This document shows, piece by piece, positions 17,530 to 29,800 of a stretch of 64,000 nt of DNA. Under the pieces are notes generated by a model that did not search any database, was not told the origin of the DNA, and saw only the letters and a program-made list of their open reading frames with translations. The stretch's first letter is position 1, and every line of letters starts with the position of its first letter. The translations under genes were made by a program, and so were the position numbers. Location of the stretch: the NCBI GenBank assembly GCA_016194975.1, contig JACQAM010000007.1, positions 255,947-319,946 on the forward strand. Reading direction: 5' to 3'. This DNA is from Bacteroidota bacterium (GTDB taxonomy: Bacteria; Bacteroidota; Bacteroidia; Palsa-965).

Positions 17530-19761
17530 ATGAAAAAATCAATTCTTCTCTCACTCACTTTCGTTTCCGTTTCACTCTTCGCACAGGATAAAATGTTAAC
17601 TGTGCGCGATGCAGTTTTCGGCTATTACACCGGGTTGTATCCTTCCAATCTCGAACAACTCAACTGGATCCCGGGAACGGATGATGAATATTATATTCTG
17701 AAAGAAAATAATTCGGAAACACTTGTTTCCATTCATGGAACGGGTTCTTCAAAAACAAATACCATTCTTTCGCTCGATGATCTCAATAATAAATTTGCTT
17801 TCTTCCGCGAAAATAAACTCGAATCTTTTCCTTCGATCACATGGACGTCCTCTTCCACTTTTACATTCGACGCCAAAAGTTCGCGTTATACCTATGATGT
17901 AAAAAAGAAATCACTCAGCGGAAAAATATTATCACTCGCGGGAGATAAAACTGTGGAGAACATGGACGAGTCGTCGAAGAGCGGGAACATCGCTTACACG
18001 ATCGCAAATAATCTTTATGTGAATAAATTAACTGGCAATAATATTTATCTGAAACTTCCCGTTACAAAAGATGACAACATTAATATTGTCAATGGAAAAT
18101 CCGTTCACCGCGAAGAATTCGGAATTACAAAAGGAACGTTCTGGTCGCCATCAGGGAATTTACTTGCATTTTACAGAATGGATCAGACCATGGTAACCGA
18201 TTACCCGATCTACGATCTTACCACGCAACCTGCAAGCATGAGCGTGATCAAGTACCCGATGGCGGGCGCAACTTCGCACCAGGTTACTGTTGGAATTTTC
18301 AATGTCAATACTTCGCAAACTGTTTTCCTGAAAACCGGTGAACCGAAAGATCAGTACCTCACAAATATTGCGTGGAGTCCCGACAACAAACATGTTTACA
18401 TTTCTGTTCTTAATCGCGATCAGAATCATTTGTGGTTGAATCGTTATAATGCAGAGACAGGTGAATTTGAAAAAACTTTATTCGAAGAAACCGATCCGAA
18501 ATATGTTCATCCCATGCATCCGCTCGTTTTTATTCCAGGGCATGACGATGAATTCATCTGGCAGAGGCAATTGTGTTCGGAAGAAAATCCGGAAGGGCTC
18601 GATCATCTATTACTCTGCACAACTGACGGAAAAATAATTTCCGATCTCACGAAGACCATTGAAGTTTCTGTTCTGAAACTGAGAATGGGAATGGAAGTGA
18701 CCGATGTTTATGGATTCGATGCAAAAGGGAAATGGATATTTTTCCAGGGCGCCCCGTTGAACACCTGCGATAAACAGATCTACGCAGCATCACTCGATCC
18801 TGCTGCGCCACAGGTTAAAAAACTTACCAATGATCCCGGAACACACAACGCAATTTTTTCTTCCGACAAAAAATATTTCATCGATTATTTTTCTTCCAGC
18901 ACGGTTCCCGGAATGCAATGGGTAGCCGATGCATCGAACGGAAAACAATTATTGACCTTATCACGTTCCGGAAACCCACTTGCATCCTATAAAAACTGCG
19001 CGGTGAAATTATTCACGATCACCGCAGCAGACGGACAGACTCCACTCTGGTGCAGGATGATCATGCCTGCGGATTTTGATTCCACTAAGCAATACCGTTC
19101 GCTCACTTATGTTTACAATGGGCCGAATGTTCAGCTCGTAACGAATTCTTATCTCGGGGGATCGGATCTTTTTCTTTATTACATGGCGCAACAGGGATTT
19201 GTAATTTTCACGGTCGATGGAAGAGGAAGTGGAAATCGCGGAATGAAATTCGAGCAGGCAACCTTCCGTCATCTCGGTACGCAGGAAATTTCCGATCAGC
19301 AGAAAGGAAATGATTTTCTGCATTCGCTGAAATACATTGACAAAAACCGGATGGCGGTTTACGGATGGAGTTACGGTGGATTCATGACCACCTCGCTTAT
19401 GACGCGCACACCCGATCTTTACAAATGCGGAGTTGCGGGTGGAGCAGTGATCGACTGGAGTTATTATGAAGTGATGTACACCGAACGCTATATGGATACG
19501 CCGCAAACCAATCCGGAAGGTTACAAAGAATCTGATCTGAAAAATTATGTGCAGAATTTAAAAGGAAAATTATTATTGATCCACGGCACGAGCGATAATG
19601 TGGTGGTGTGGCAACATACGCTGCTGTACACAAAAGCCTGCGTGGATAAAGGAGTGCAGACCGATTATTATGTTTACCCGGGACACGAACACAACGTGCG
19701 CGGGAAAGACCGGATTCATTTGCTGACGAAAGTGAGTGATTATATTATTGCGAATACCTGA
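17530..19761 (+). CDS. dipeptidyl-peptidase IV / S9 family serine peptidase
   Basis: Signal peptide. N-terminal beta-propeller region. Catalytic nucleophile GWSYGG. C-terminal Asp and His regions. Length 743 aa. Confidence 0.9.
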   Translation: MKKSILLSLTFVSVSLFAQDKMLTVRDAVFGYYTGLYPSNLEQLNWIPGTDDEYYILKENNSETLVSIHGTGSSKTNTILSLDDLNNKFAFFRENKLESFPSITWTSSSTFTFDAKSSRYTYDVKKKSLSGKILSLAGDKTVENMDESSKSGNIAYTIANNLYVNKLTGNNIYLKLPVTKDDNINIVNGKSVHREEFGITKGTFWSPSGNLLAFYRMDQTMVTDYPIYDLTTQPASMSVIKYPMAGATSHQVTVGIFNVNTSQTVFLKTGEPKDQYLTNIAWSPDNKHVYISVLNRDQNHLWLNRYNAETGEFEKTLFEETDPKYVHPMHPLVFIPGHDDEFIWQRQLCSEENPEGLDHLLLCTTDGKIISDLTKTIEVSVLKLRMGMEVTDVYGFDAKGKWIFFQGAPLNTCDKQIYAASLDPAAPQVKKLTNDPGTHNAIFSSDKKYFIDYFSSSTVPGMQWVADASNGKQLLTLSRSGNPLASYKNCAVKLFTITAADGQTPLWCRMIMPADFDSTKQYRSLTYVYNGPNVQLVTNSYLGGSDLFLYYMAQQGFVIFTVDGRGSGNRGMKFEQATFRHLGTQEISDQQKGNDFLHSLKYIDKNRMAVYGWSYGGFMTTSLMTRTPDLYKCGVAGGAVIDWSYYEVMYTERYMDTPQTNPEGYKESDLKNYVQNLKGKLLLIHGTSDNVVVWQHTLLYTKACVDKGVQTDYYVYPGHEHNVRGKDRIHLLTKVSDYIIANT

Positions 19762-19922
19762 GTACGAAAAACGAAAGTGCGGTGGTCATTACGATCCCGA
19801 TTTTAATCGGGAGAAGCAATCTTGCGCGAGGGTTTTCATAGCTATTTGTATTGCGTAACTTTTTCCCGAATTCATTCGGGATTTCGCATTACGTAGTTCG
19901 TGAGTTTCGTATTTCGTACTCC
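19760..19922. repeat. 163-bp nested imperfect palindrome with GAGTACGAAAWACGAAA ends, exactly filling the spacer between two convergent genes
   Basis: Left GAGTACGAAAAACGAAAGTG; right reverse-complement GGAGTACGAAATACGAAACTCACG. Inner inverted pairs CATTACGATCCCGA / TCGGGATTTCGCATTACG. Confidence 0.5.
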
Positions 19923-21041
19923 TCAAAACCATTGATAAATTTTATTCGCTTTGAGCCATTTCAACCAGCGGCGTTCGCGGAAATGGAAACGATAACCCAT
20001 ATTGAAATCAACAGAAAAATACCTGGGTTGGAATTTATAATTCGTGAACTGGTAACTGTTGTAATCGGCGGCGAAGGTCCACGCCATGAAAAAATATTTC
20101 AGGTTCAATCCGAGTGCAGCGCGAAAATCTCCCGCTCCCCCTGTTTTCCAATATGATTTTACACGCCCGTCCTGGAAAGCATCAAGATCGCGATGCTGCA
20201 CATCGATGCCGCCGGTGAGCGTGAGATTCAAAAATAAAGAATGAACTATCACAAGACTGTAGGTGTAACCCGGCCCGAAAGAAAATCCTGTTGCGTTGAA
20301 ACGGTTCACATAACCGTATTCACCATAGTATTGACGTGCAGCAAATGGAAGCAGGGAGGAATCGGCGCTGAAAAGATAATTGTAAATATTACTGATGAGT
20401 AAAAATGATCCGGCAGATTTCAATTGCCGCTCGGTATTGAAATACGCAGCGCCATAGGAAAATTTTCTCTTATTGCGGATCCAGATAATTTTTGCCTTGT
20501 AAGAACGTGCAAGCATATTCGGATTCTGCCAGTAAATTCCAGTCGTGTGAAAAGAAGTATCGTAGGTAGAAGTTTTATTATCGTAAAATCCTTCATACTT
20601 CCGGTAACTTGTTTCAAAACGGAAACGGTATTCTGAAAAACCGAATGAGAATGTACTGTATTTGGTCTCTCCTGTTTTTTTTAACTGATCGGCAGTCGAA
20701 GGAACGGTTCTCAATCCGAATGAAACAGAAATTTTATCGAGGTCGATGGAAGCGCCTGTCGATTTATTTGCGTTCGAGATCATTTCCGGTGCGCTCACTC
20801 CGAGTGAATCTTTCGTCATCGTTTGCGTTTGGAGAATATTGTAAGAGCGGTAGGAATTGGAAAGTGTAAGAATAAAACGATCGGGATAAAGATGAACGTA
20901 ATTCGTATCGATCGTCCTGCGATACTGAAGAATGGAATCACGTTTTTCCTTTCGCGCAGATTGTGAAAAAAGTGCAGGCGGAATAAGGAGCGAAAGAAAA
21001 ATAATATGAGAGAATTTTTTCAGCCGGGATTTTTTGCTCAT
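19923..21041 (-). CDS. hypothetical outer-membrane beta-barrel protein
   Basis: Signal peptide MSKKSRLKKFSHIIFLSLLIPPALFSQ. Rich in Tyr/aromatic residues. C-terminal …YQWF. Start moved to the ATG at 21041. Confidence 0.45.
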   Translation of the reverse strand: MSKKSRLKKFSHIIFLSLLIPPALFSQSARKEKRDSILQYRRTIDTNYVHLYPDRFILTLSNSYRSYNILQTQTMTKDSLGVSAPEMISNANKSTGASIDLDKISVSFGLRTVPSTADQLKKTGETKYSTFSFGFSEYRFRFETSYRKYEGFYDNKTSTYDTSFHTTGIYWQNPNMLARSYKAKIIWIRNKRKFSYGAAYFNTERQLKSAGSFLLISNIYNYLFSADSSLLPFAARQYYGEYGYVNRFNATGFSFGPGYTYSLVIVHSLFLNLTLTGGIDVQHRDLDAFQDGRVKSYWKTGGAGDFRAALGLNLKYFFMAWTFAADYNSYQFTNYKFQPRYFSVDFNMGYRFHFRERRWLKWLKANKIYQWF

Positions 21042-21060
21042 CGAAATTAAAAAAAGAAAA

Positions 21061-21267
21061 TCATTCCATCGCGTAAATTTCTTCGCCCACCTGCACACGA
21101 TCGCCCGCGCGAAGCTTCGCGCGCTTGCGGAGTTCCACTTCTCCATTCACTTTCACCAATCCTTCTTCCACCATGACTTTCGCTTGTCCGCCGGTATCAG
21201 CAAGGCCGATCACTTTCAGCAGTTGGATCAGCTCGATGTGATCGCCTTCGATCCTGAATTTTTCCAT
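21061..21267 (-). CDS. S4-like RNA-binding protein (YbcJ family)
   Basis: 68 aa. [59 protein letters not shown] matches the YbcJ/S4 pattern. Its ATG overlaps the acnA stop by one base (TGATG). Confidence 0.7.
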   Translation of the reverse strand: MEKFRIEGDHIELIQLLKVIGLADTGGQAKVMVEEGLVKVNGEVELRKRAKLRAGDRVQVGEEIYAME

Positions 21268-23534
21268 CAGATTTTTACCCCGGCCCTTATAATATTCAGC
21301 GCTCCTCCCGCTTTGAACCACTCGATCTGCTGCGCGTTGTACGTGTGATTCACGCTGATATCTTCTGAACTTCCATCATCATGATGGAGAACGAGCGCCA
21401 GTGATTTGTTCGGCGCAAACGTGGTGAGCCCGGTGATATCGATCGAATCATTTTCACGGATCTTATTGTAATCTTCTTTATTCGAAAATGTCAATGCGAG
21501 CATTCCCTGTTTTTTCAGATTCGTCTCGTGTATGCGCGCAAACGATTTCACGAGCACAGCACGCACACCCAGATGACGCGGCTCCATGGCTGCGTGCTCG
21601 CGCGATGATCCTTCCCCGTAATTTTCATCACCCACAACAATGGATCCCATCTTCTCTGCTTTGTAGGCACGCTGCACTTTCGGCACTTCATCATAATTTC
21701 CGGTCAGCTGATTCTTCACACTGTTTTGTTTTTCATTGAAGAAATTCGTAGCGCCGATGAGCATGTTGTTCGAAATATTATCGAGATGCCCGCGGAATTT
21801 CAGCCACGGTCCTGCCATGGAAATATGATCCGTTGTGCATTTTCCTTTTGCCTTGATGAGCAGTTTCAGATTATTCAGATCGGTTCCTTCCCACGCTGCG
21901 AACGGATCGAGTAACTGCAACCGTTTTGAATCGGGAGAAACTTTTACTTCCACATTACTTCCGTCAGTTGCCGGCGCCTGGTAACCTGCATCTTTTACAT
22001 CGAATCCTTTTTTCGGAAGTTCATCTCCGTTCGGTGCGTCGAGTTTTACTTTTTCTCCATTTTCATTGATGAGATAATCGGTCAGCGGATTAAAAGTAAG
22101 ATCTCCCGCAATAGCAAGCGCCGTAACGATCTCCGGCGATGCAACGAACGCATGCGTATTCGGATTTCCATCATTGCGCGCAGAAAAATTCCTGTTGAAC
22201 GAATGAACAATTGTATTTTTTTCTTTTTTGTCGGCTCCGGTTCTGCTCCACATTCCAATACACGGGCCACATGCATTTGCAAAAACGTGCGCGCCTATTT
22301 TGTTGAATGTGGCAATGAATCCATCGCGCTCTATCGTGTAACGCACCAACTCAGAACCCGGCGTGATCGTGAAAACCGATTTCGGTTTCAGATTTTTTGC
22401 AGCCGCCTGCTCAGCGAGAGAAGCCGCACGCGCAATATCTTCATAGGAAGAATTCGTGCACGAACCGATCAAACCTACTTCCACATTTTTCGGCCAGCCG
22501 TTTTTTTCTGCAGCCGCTTTCATTTGAGAAACAGGTGTTGCAAGATCCGGAGTGAACGGACCGTTGATGTGCGGCTCGAGTTCGGTAAGATTTATTTCAA
22601 TGACCTGATCAAAATATTTTTCCGGAGATACGTACACTTCTGCGTCGGCAGTAAGATGTTCTTTCACTTTGTTCGCGAGATCTGCAATTTCTGCGCGCGA
22701 GGTGGCACGCAGGTATCTTTCCATCGAATCGTCGTAAGCGAAAGTGGAAGTTGTTGCGCCTATCTCCGCTCCCATATTGCAGATCGTTCCTTTTCCGGTG
22801 CAGGACATTGCGGTCGCTCCTTCACCGAAATATTCCACGATCGCACCCGTTCCTCCTTTTACTGTGAGAATTCCTGCCACTTTAAGTATCACATCTTTCG
22901 GCGAGGTCCATCCGTTTAATTTTCCGTTGAGTTTTACACCAATGAGTTTCGGCCATTTCAATTCCCACGGAAGTCCGGCCATCACATCGCACGCATCTGC
23001 TCCACCAACACCGATCGCGATCATACCAAGTCCGCCGGCATTCACCGTGTGCGAATCTGTTCCAATCATCATTCCTCCGGGAAATGCATAATTTTCGAGC
23101 ATCACCTGGTGAATGATCCCGGCTCCCGGTTTCCAGAAACCAATTCCGTATTTGTTGGAAACGGAAGAAAGAAAATCGTACACTTCTTTATTTTCTTTAG
23201 TCGCAAAAGTGAGGTCTTCTCCTGCGCCGATCTTCGCAGTGATGAGGTGATCGCAATGAACGGTAGATGGCACCGCCACTTTTTTTCTTCCCGCCTGCAT
23301 AAATTGCAGCAACGCCATTTGCGCAGTTGCATCCTGCATGGTCACACGATCGGGATTGAAATCGACATAATCTTTTCCGCGCTCGTAAGCTTTCGACGGA
23401 GATGCATTTACAAGGTGCGCATAAAGAATTTTTTCAGTTAGAGAAAGCGGGCGTCCGGCAAGTTTGCGTGCAGCTTCAACTTTTGCAGGAAGAGCGGCGT
23501 AAACTTTTTTAATCATGTCGAGATCGAAAACCAT
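21267..23534 (-). CDS. acnA: aconitate hydratase
   Basis: 755 aa. Aconitase family domains with Fe-S cluster cysteines (…[10 protein letters not shown]…, …[10 protein letters not shown]…). Confidence 0.95.
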   Translation of the reverse strand: MVFDLDMIKKVYAALPAKVEAARKLAGRPLSLTEKILYAHLVNASPSKAYERGKDYVDFNPDRVTMQDATAQMALLQFMQAGRKKVAVPSTVHCDHLITAKIGAGEDLTFATKENKEVYDFLSSVSNKYGIGFWKPGAGIIHQVMLENYAFPGGMMIGTDSHTVNAGGLGMIAIGVGGADACDVMAGLPWELKWPKLIGVKLNGKLNGWTSPKDVILKVAGILTVKGGTGAIVEYFGEGATAMSCTGKGTICNMGAEIGATTSTFAYDDSMERYLRATSRAEIADLANKVKEHLTADAEVYVSPEKYFDQVIEINLTELEPHINGPFTPDLATPVSQMKAAAEKNGWPKNVEVGLIGSCTNSSYEDIARAASLAEQAAAKNLKPKSVFTITPGSELVRYTIERDGFIATFNKIGAHVFANACGPCIGMWSRTGADKKEKNTIVHSFNRNFSARNDGNPNTHAFVASPEIVTALAIAGDLTFNPLTDYLINENGEKVKLDAPNGDELPKKGFDVKDAGYQAPATDGSNVEVKVSPDSKRLQLLDPFAAWEGTDLNNLKLLIKAKGKCTTDHISMAGPWLKFRGHLDNISNNMLIGATNFFNEKQNSVKNQLTGNYDEVPKVQRAYKAEKMGSIVVGDENYGEGSSREHAAMEPRHLGVRAVLVKSFARIHETNLKKQGMLALTFSNKEDYNKIRENDSIDITGLTTFAPNKSLALVLHHDDGSSEDISVNHTYNAQQIEWFKAGGALNIIRAGVKI

Positions 23535-23854
23535 AGAGCAGAATTTTTTTGTGATTTATTTTTTTGAGGATTAGGAGAACAAATTTACAAATTCGTTTCG
23601 TGGGAATTGAGTAAATTTGAAATAGAAATTCGTTTCTGATTTTTTTTGGAGCGGAACAGCGTAGCCTTAAATTCTCTTTTGCTCCGGTCATCGCTATTAC
23701 TCCTCGCTATGTTTTTTTCCTGTGAACTTTCATCCGCTGCGGGGTAAAACGCTTCTGCCCGGGCTATGGACTCAAACCTTCATCACTTCTGATTCTCTTT
23801 TTTTTCGCCGGAACTGAAAACTGAAAACTTACAACAATTCCCTAATTTCACACC

Positions 23855-25093
23855 ATGAATTTTGCATTCCGTGAAAATCTAAGCAGCAGTTGGTCGTCCA
23901 TTCGCGGACAAGCGCTGCGCGCATTTCTCACGATGCTCATCATTGCACTCGGCATTACCGCGCTCGTGGGAATTCTCACGTCGATCGATGTGCTGAAAGG
24001 ATCACTCAACAGCAACTTCACGAGCATGGGCGCGCACACATTCACGATACGCAACAAGGAAACGCGCATACGCGTGGGCAGGAGAGGAAAACGCCCGAAG
24101 AAATTCCGTTCCATTACTTACAAAGAAGCGATGGATTTTTCGAAGCGTTTCGATTTTCCTGCTACTGTTTCTGTTTCCACGATGGCTTCGTTCAACGCAA
24201 CACTGAAATACAAATCGAAAAAAAGTAACCCGAATGTACAGGTCATCGGTTCGGATGAAAATTATCTTGCGTGTTCAGGATACGAACTGTCGGGCGGAAG
24301 AAATTTTACCGCGAATGAAATTCTCTCCGGCGATCATGTAGTGATCATTGGCCACGACATGGTGGTGAATCTTTTTAAAGGAGTGGATCCGATAGGAAAA
24401 GAATTGAGCGTGGGCGACGGAAAATACCGCGTGATAGGAACACTCGCATCAAAAGGAAATGCGATGGGATTCGGCGGCGATAAAATGGCGCTTTTACCAA
24501 TAGAAAATGTGCGGCAATATTTTTCGCGGCCCGATATGACCTTCACGGTAAATGTTCTCGCGCGCAATTCCGCTATCATGGATTACACGATCAGCGAAGC
24601 GACCGGTTTGTTCCGCATCATCCGCAAAGTAGATCCCGACGAAGACAATAATTTCGAGATCACGAAGAGCGATAACATTGCGACAACGTTGATTGATAAT
24701 CTGCGTTATGTAAGTATGGGGGCAACGATCGTGGCCATCATCACATTGCTTGGTGCTGCGATCGGTTTGATGAACATCATGCTCGTGTCGGTGACCGAGC
24801 GCACACGTGAAATAGGAATAAGAAAAGCGCTTGGTGCAACACGTTCTTCTATTCGCAATCAGTTTTTAACCGAAGCCATTCTCATCACACAGATCGGCGG
24901 ATTGTTCGGAATTATTCTTGCACTTTCTCTCGGAGGCATTCTTGCATTTTTCATGAAGTCGCATTTTGTTACGCCGTGGTTATGGATCGCGCTGGGACTG
25001 GCCATCTGTTTTCTCGTCGGGCTCATCTCCGGAATTTATCCTGCCATCAAAGCATCAAAGCTGGATCCGATAGAGGCGCTGCGGTACGAATAA
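23855..25093 (+). CDS. ABC transporter permease, FtsX/MacB-like
   Basis: N-terminal transmembrane helix, large periplasmic MacB_PCD-like domain and C-terminal FtsX four-helix region. No adjacent ATPase gene. Confidence 0.8.
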   Translation: MNFAFRENLSSSWSSIRGQALRAFLTMLIIALGITALVGILTSIDVLKGSLNSNFTSMGAHTFTIRNKETRIRVGRRGKRPKKFRSITYKEAMDFSKRFDFPATVSVSTMASFNATLKYKSKKSNPNVQVIGSDENYLACSGYELSGGRNFTANEILSGDHVVIIGHDMVVNLFKGVDPIGKELSVGDGKYRVIGTLASKGNAMGFGGDKMALLPIENVRQYFSRPDMTFTVNVLARNSAIMDYTISEATGLFRIIRKVDPDEDNNFEITKSDNIATTLIDNLRYVSMGATIVAIITLLGAAIGLMNIMLVSVTERTREIGIRKALGATRSSIRNQFLTEAILITQIGGLFGIILALSLGGILAFFMKSHFVTPWLWIALGLAICFLVGLISGIYPAIKASKLDPIEALRYE

Positions 25094-25313
25094 AAAATTC
25101 GAGGATTCAAAAATTATACTTCTTTAATCAGGAAACTAACATCTCAATTTTTCCAATAATTAGAGTTTATATCGATTAAGAGTTGTATAACAATGATTGC
25201 AAGCGCTCCATTATTAAAAACGGAGCATTTGCAAGGCATTCCCGATGCTCAGTCTGATTCATTTGAATGTCAAAAAGTTTCCTGTTTCGCATTTAGTATC
25301 TAATTCTTCCCGA

Positions 25314-25350
25314 ATAAAAAAAGGCCGCTCTTCCGAACAGCCTTCTTTTT
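25314..25350. terminator. bidirectional Rho-independent terminator between the ABC permease gene and the rplI operon
   Basis: A7-AAGGC-N14-GCCTT-CT5: a hairpin flanked by an A-run on one side and a T-run on the other. Confidence 0.6.
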
Positions 25351-25364
25351 AAAAGAGTTTTAAA

Positions 25365-25814
25365 TTATTCCGCTACCACTTCGAATTTGAATTGTGCAAC
25401 AACTTCTTTATGTAAACGGACTTTTGCGTTATACACACCGAGTGTTTTCACGGTATCAGCATTTTCAATAGTGATGTTTCGGCGATCGACATCAAATCCT
25501 TGTTGACGAAGGCCTTCATTGAGTTGCACCGCGGTAACTGATCCGAAAATTTTTCCGTTTTCACCTGCTTTGGTTGCAACCTTCACGGTCATTTCAGAAA
25601 GTTTTTTTGCATTCGCTTCGGCTTCGGCTTTCACCTTGGCTTCTTTGTGTGCGCGTTGTTTCACATTTTCTGAATGCACTTTTTTCGCTGATGCATCGGC
25701 AAGCAATGCAAGTCCGCGCGGGATCAGGTAATTTCTTCCGTAACCCGGTTTCACGTTCACAACGTCGTCTTTATAGCCGAGATTGCGGATATCCTGTTTG
25801 AGAATTACTTCCAT
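25365..25814 (-). CDS. rplI: 50S ribosomal protein L9
   Basis: MEVILKQDIRNLGYKDDVVNVKPGYGRNYLIPRG…. Confidence 0.95.
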   Translation of the reverse strand: MEVILKQDIRNLGYKDDVVNVKPGYGRNYLIPRGLALLADASAKKVHSENVKQRAHKEAKVKAEAEANAKKLSEMTVKVATKAGENGKIFGSVTAVQLNEGLRQQGFDVDRRNITIENADTVKTLGVYNAKVRLHKEVVAQFKFEVVAE

Positions 25815-25827
25815 GTTTCGTTCCTCC

Positions 25828-26097
25828 TTATTTAAGTTGATCAGCTACGTAAGGAAGCAAAGCAAGATGGCGTGCGCGTTTAACCGCGGTGCTCACTTTT
25901 CGCTGGAATTTTACGGATGTTCCGGTCAGTCGGCGGGGAAGTAATTTTCCCTGCTCGTTCACAAACTTCAGAAGGAAGTCGGCGTCTTTGTAATCGATGT
26001 ATTTGATGCCTGCTTTACGGAAGCGGCAATACTTTTTCTTTTTCACCTCAACAGATGGAGGATTGAGATAGCGGATCTCTGATGTATTTTCTGCCAT
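25828..26097 (-). CDS. rpsR: 30S ribosomal protein S18
   Basis: …[15 protein letters not shown]…[16 protein letters not shown]…AVKRAR…. Confidence 0.95.
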   Translation of the reverse strand: MAENTSEIRYLNPPSVEVKKKKYCRFRKAGIKYIDYKDADFLLKFVNEQGKLLPRRLTGTSVKFQRKVSTAVKRARHLALLPYVADQLK

Positions 26098-26114
26098 GAC
26101 TTTCTTTGTTGAGA

Positions 26115-26495
26115 TTAGTTAGCGGTTTCTTTTTTCTCCGCAGCTTTTGCGGCATCTTTTTTCGCTTTTGCTTTTGCGCGGCGTTTCTCGGCATAAGCAG
26201 TTCCGTTCTTGTCGAGTTTCACAGAAAGGAAACGAAGCACGCGCTCGTCGCGTTTGAAAGTTACTTCGAGTTCAGCAAGTGCATTGCCGTCTTTGGCAGT
26301 GTACTCAAACAAATGGTAATGGCCGGTGGACTTTTTCTGGATCTGGTAAGCCAGCTTTCTCAGGCCCCAGGATTCCTCATGAACGATAGTTGCGCTGAGG
26401 TCTTTTACAGACTTGCGGAACTTGCCCACCGCCTCCTTTGCCTGTTCTTCAGACAAAACGGGAGTTAAAATGAAGACGGTTTCGTAGTGATACAT
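26115..26495 (-). CDS. rpsF: 30S ribosomal protein S6
   Basis: [12 protein letters not shown]… with an acidic/basic C-terminal tail. First gene of the rpsF-rpsR-rplI operon. Confidence 0.95.
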   Translation of the reverse strand: MYHYETVFILTPVLSEEQAKEAVGKFRKSVKDLSATIVHEESWGLRKLAYQIQKKSTGHYHLFEYTAKDGNALAELEVTFKRDERVLRFLSVKLDKNGTAYAEKRRAKAKAKKDAAKAAEKKETAN

Positions 26496-26849
26496 GATTT
26501 GTTTTTGATTTTAATTTGATACCCCGACACCTTGTCCGGGCATTTTCCCTCTTTTACAAGGGACGGCAAAGGTACTATTTTCATGGAATCCGGCAATAAG
26601 GATGCTTTGAAATGCAATTAATAAGGAAAATAATATTGCACCGCCAGTCAAAAAATCCATCTGTTGAATCCGGATGAAAAGCATCAGTTTTATGTAAAAC
26701 CATAATCAGTTCGTAAGAGTTGAAAATGCCTACTTTCGCAGTCAAACCTTCGAACCCTATTGATCGTATATGTTGAGTAATTACAGCGTTATTTCATTCC
26801 CTCCTGAACGCGGTATTTTTCAATAATAACGATCTTAAAAATAATAATT

Positions 26850-29800
26850 ATGAAAAACCTTACTTCTTTCAGGGGAACTGCATTATTAATTGCTACAGCA
26901 ATAAGTTCCTTATTATTTTCCCAGTCTCCGAGTTATGTTTGGGCTAAAGGTGTTGGCGGAACCGGAGCAGACCAGGGAATGGTAAATAAAACAGACGGCG
27001 CAGGAAATGTGATCGTGGCCGGTACATTCAGCGGCACAGCAGATTTTGATCCCGGTGCCGGGACTGCCAATCTTATTTCTGCCGGCAGTACTGATATTTT
27101 CATTGCGAAATATAATTCCACTGGAGATTACACCTGGGCTTTTGGCCTCGGATCGACAAATAGTGATTCGCCCGGTGATTTTGCAATTGATGGTTCCAAC
27201 AATATTGTAGTTACCGGTGGATTCATTGGAACGGTAGATTTTGATCCGGGTGCAGGTGTAGCCAATCTTACTTCTGCAAGTGGAAGCACACCTGATATTT
27301 TTATTGCGAAATATGATGCTTCAGGAAATTATGTTTGGGCAGAAAGGATAGGAAGCAGTACCGGTGGTGACCAGGGAAAAGGAATTGCTTTTGATTCGGG
27401 TGGAAATATTATCATCTCCGGATATTTTTTCGGTACGGCGGATTTTGATCCTGGTGCAGGAACAGCAAACCTGGTTTCTTTCGGATCGTTTGATGCCTGC
27501 CTCGCCAAATATGATGCTTCCGGAAATTATATCTGGGCAAAAAAAATGGGAGGAGTGAGTTCGGATCAGGGCGGTCGTATCGCTATTGATGGCAGCGGCA
27601 ATATAGACTTCACGGGCACTTTCAATGGAACTGCAGATTTTGATCCTTCTGCCGGGGTTGCCAATCTTACTTCAGCCGGAGCTACCGATATTTTTCTTGG
27701 TCAATATAATTCTTCAGGAAGTTATTTGTGGGCCGACAGGATCGGTGGAACTCTTGCTGATCAGTCGAGCGGAATTGGTACTGATGGAAGTAATAATGTT
27801 TTGTTGAACGGATATTTTAACGGAACAGCCGATTTTGATCCGGGTGCCGGAACTGCGAATCTTGTTTCTGCAGGAGGAAGTGATATTTTTCTTGGGAAAT
27901 ATTCTTCGGCCGGAGCTTATGTATGGGCTGGTAAAATGGGTGGAACACTCACTGACCAGGGATCCGGATTGGTGGTTGACGGTAGTGGTAATTCATATAC
28001 AACAGGTTTGTATACCGGCGCTGCAGATTTCGATCCTTCTGCTGCGAATGCAAATCTTATTTCTGCCGGCTCAACCGATGCGTTCATGGCCATGTATAAT
28101 TCTTCCGGTGCTTATGTTTCAGCAAAATCAGTTGGAGGAACCGGTGGCGATGCCGGAAATAATATTACTCTGAATTCTTCCGGCGATCTTATTGTAGCAG
28201 GATATTTTTCCGGCACTGCAGATTTTGATCCTTCTGCTGCAACAGCAAATCTTGTTTCTGCAGGAAGCACAGATATTTTTTACGGAGATTACCTGATGTG
28301 CACTTTTGCTACCGCTTCACTTTCTTCACAAACTAATGTGAGTTGTAATGGCGGAAGTGATGGAAGTGCAACAATAACTGCTGGTGGTGGAAGTAGTTTC
28401 ACTTATTCATGGGCTCCATCCGGTGGTACTGCGGCAACAGCTTCCGGATTGACCGCCGCAACTTACACATGCACCGTCACAAATCAATGCGGAAATACTG
28501 CAACGCAAACAGTGATCATTACTCAACCTATTGCAATTACTTCATCCATTTCTTCTCAAACCAACGTAACATGCAATGGAGGAAATGATGGTTCTGCAAC
28601 AGTGAGCGCTTCCGGCGGTACCGGCGCATTCACTTACAGTTGGTCACCAAGTGGTGGATCTGCTGCAACAGGAACTTCTCTTTCCGCGGGTACCTATACC
28701 TGTACGATCACTGACGCGAACGGATGCACGCATACGCAAACTGCAACTATTACTCAGCCATCAGGAATTCTTTCATCAATCTCATCACAAACCGACAATA
28801 CTTGTTTCGGCGGATCATCCGGATCCGCTACAGTTTCTGCTTCCGGCGGAACCGGTGCATTAACTTATTCCTGGTCACCAAGCGGTGGAACTGCTTCAAC
28901 TGCCAGCGGCCTTGCTGCAGCGACATACACATGCACGATCACCGACGCGAGCGGATGCACGCACACGCAAACTGTTACCATTACTCAACCAACAATTATC
29001 ACAACATCTGTTTCTTCACAGTCAAATGTAAGTTGTAACGGGGCGAATGACGGATCAGCTACTATTGCTGCTTCAGGTGGAACACCGGGTTATACTTATT
29101 CATGGGCACCGAGTGGCGGATCGGCTGCTTCTGCATCCGGACTTTCTCCGGGAACATACACGGTGACAGTGACCGATGCCAATGGTTGTGTTGTAACACA
29201 AACCCTCACTATTACTGAACCAGCCGTTCTCGTCGCTTCAACCGGTGGCAACGCTACAATCTGCGCCGGATCTTCAACAACACTTACAGCAGGATCGTCA
29301 GGCGGAACAGCAGTGGTAACTTTCAACTGGATGCCCGGTTCTCTCAGCGGAAGTTCTGTTTCTGTAAGTCCGGCCGCTACTACTACTTACACTGTTACTG
29401 CTACCGATGCTCATGGTTGCACCAGTACAGCAACATCAACCGTAACTGTAAATCCTTTGCCAACTGTAACCGCTTCTGCAAGTCCGGCAAGCATGTGTTC
29501 AGGAAATTCTTCTACGCTTACTTCAACCGGTGCAACAACCTATTCCTGGAATCCCGGATCGATGAGCGGTGCAAGTGTTTCAGTTTCTCCAGTGGCAACA
29601 ACAACTTATACTGTAACAGGAACAGATGGAAACGGATGTGTGAACACAGCTACAGTTACCGTCACGATAAATAATTGTGCGGGATCTATGCTTACTCCAA
29701 CATGGTGCGGGGCAACACTCACTTCAATGACGCAGAATTTTTACTGGACCGCAACATCGGGCGCAACCAATTATCACATTCGTGTACAGAATGCTTCATT

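Noticed and set aside
22152-22919. 255-aa plus-strand ORF
   Set aside because: It is antisense to acnA. It is spurious.
28300-29100. Periodic about 258-nt repeats that might have suggested CRISPR-like or tandem DNA repeats
   Set aside because: They are in frame within the long ORFs and have a divergent sequence that conserves the protein motif (SprB repeats). They are not spacer-repeat arrays.
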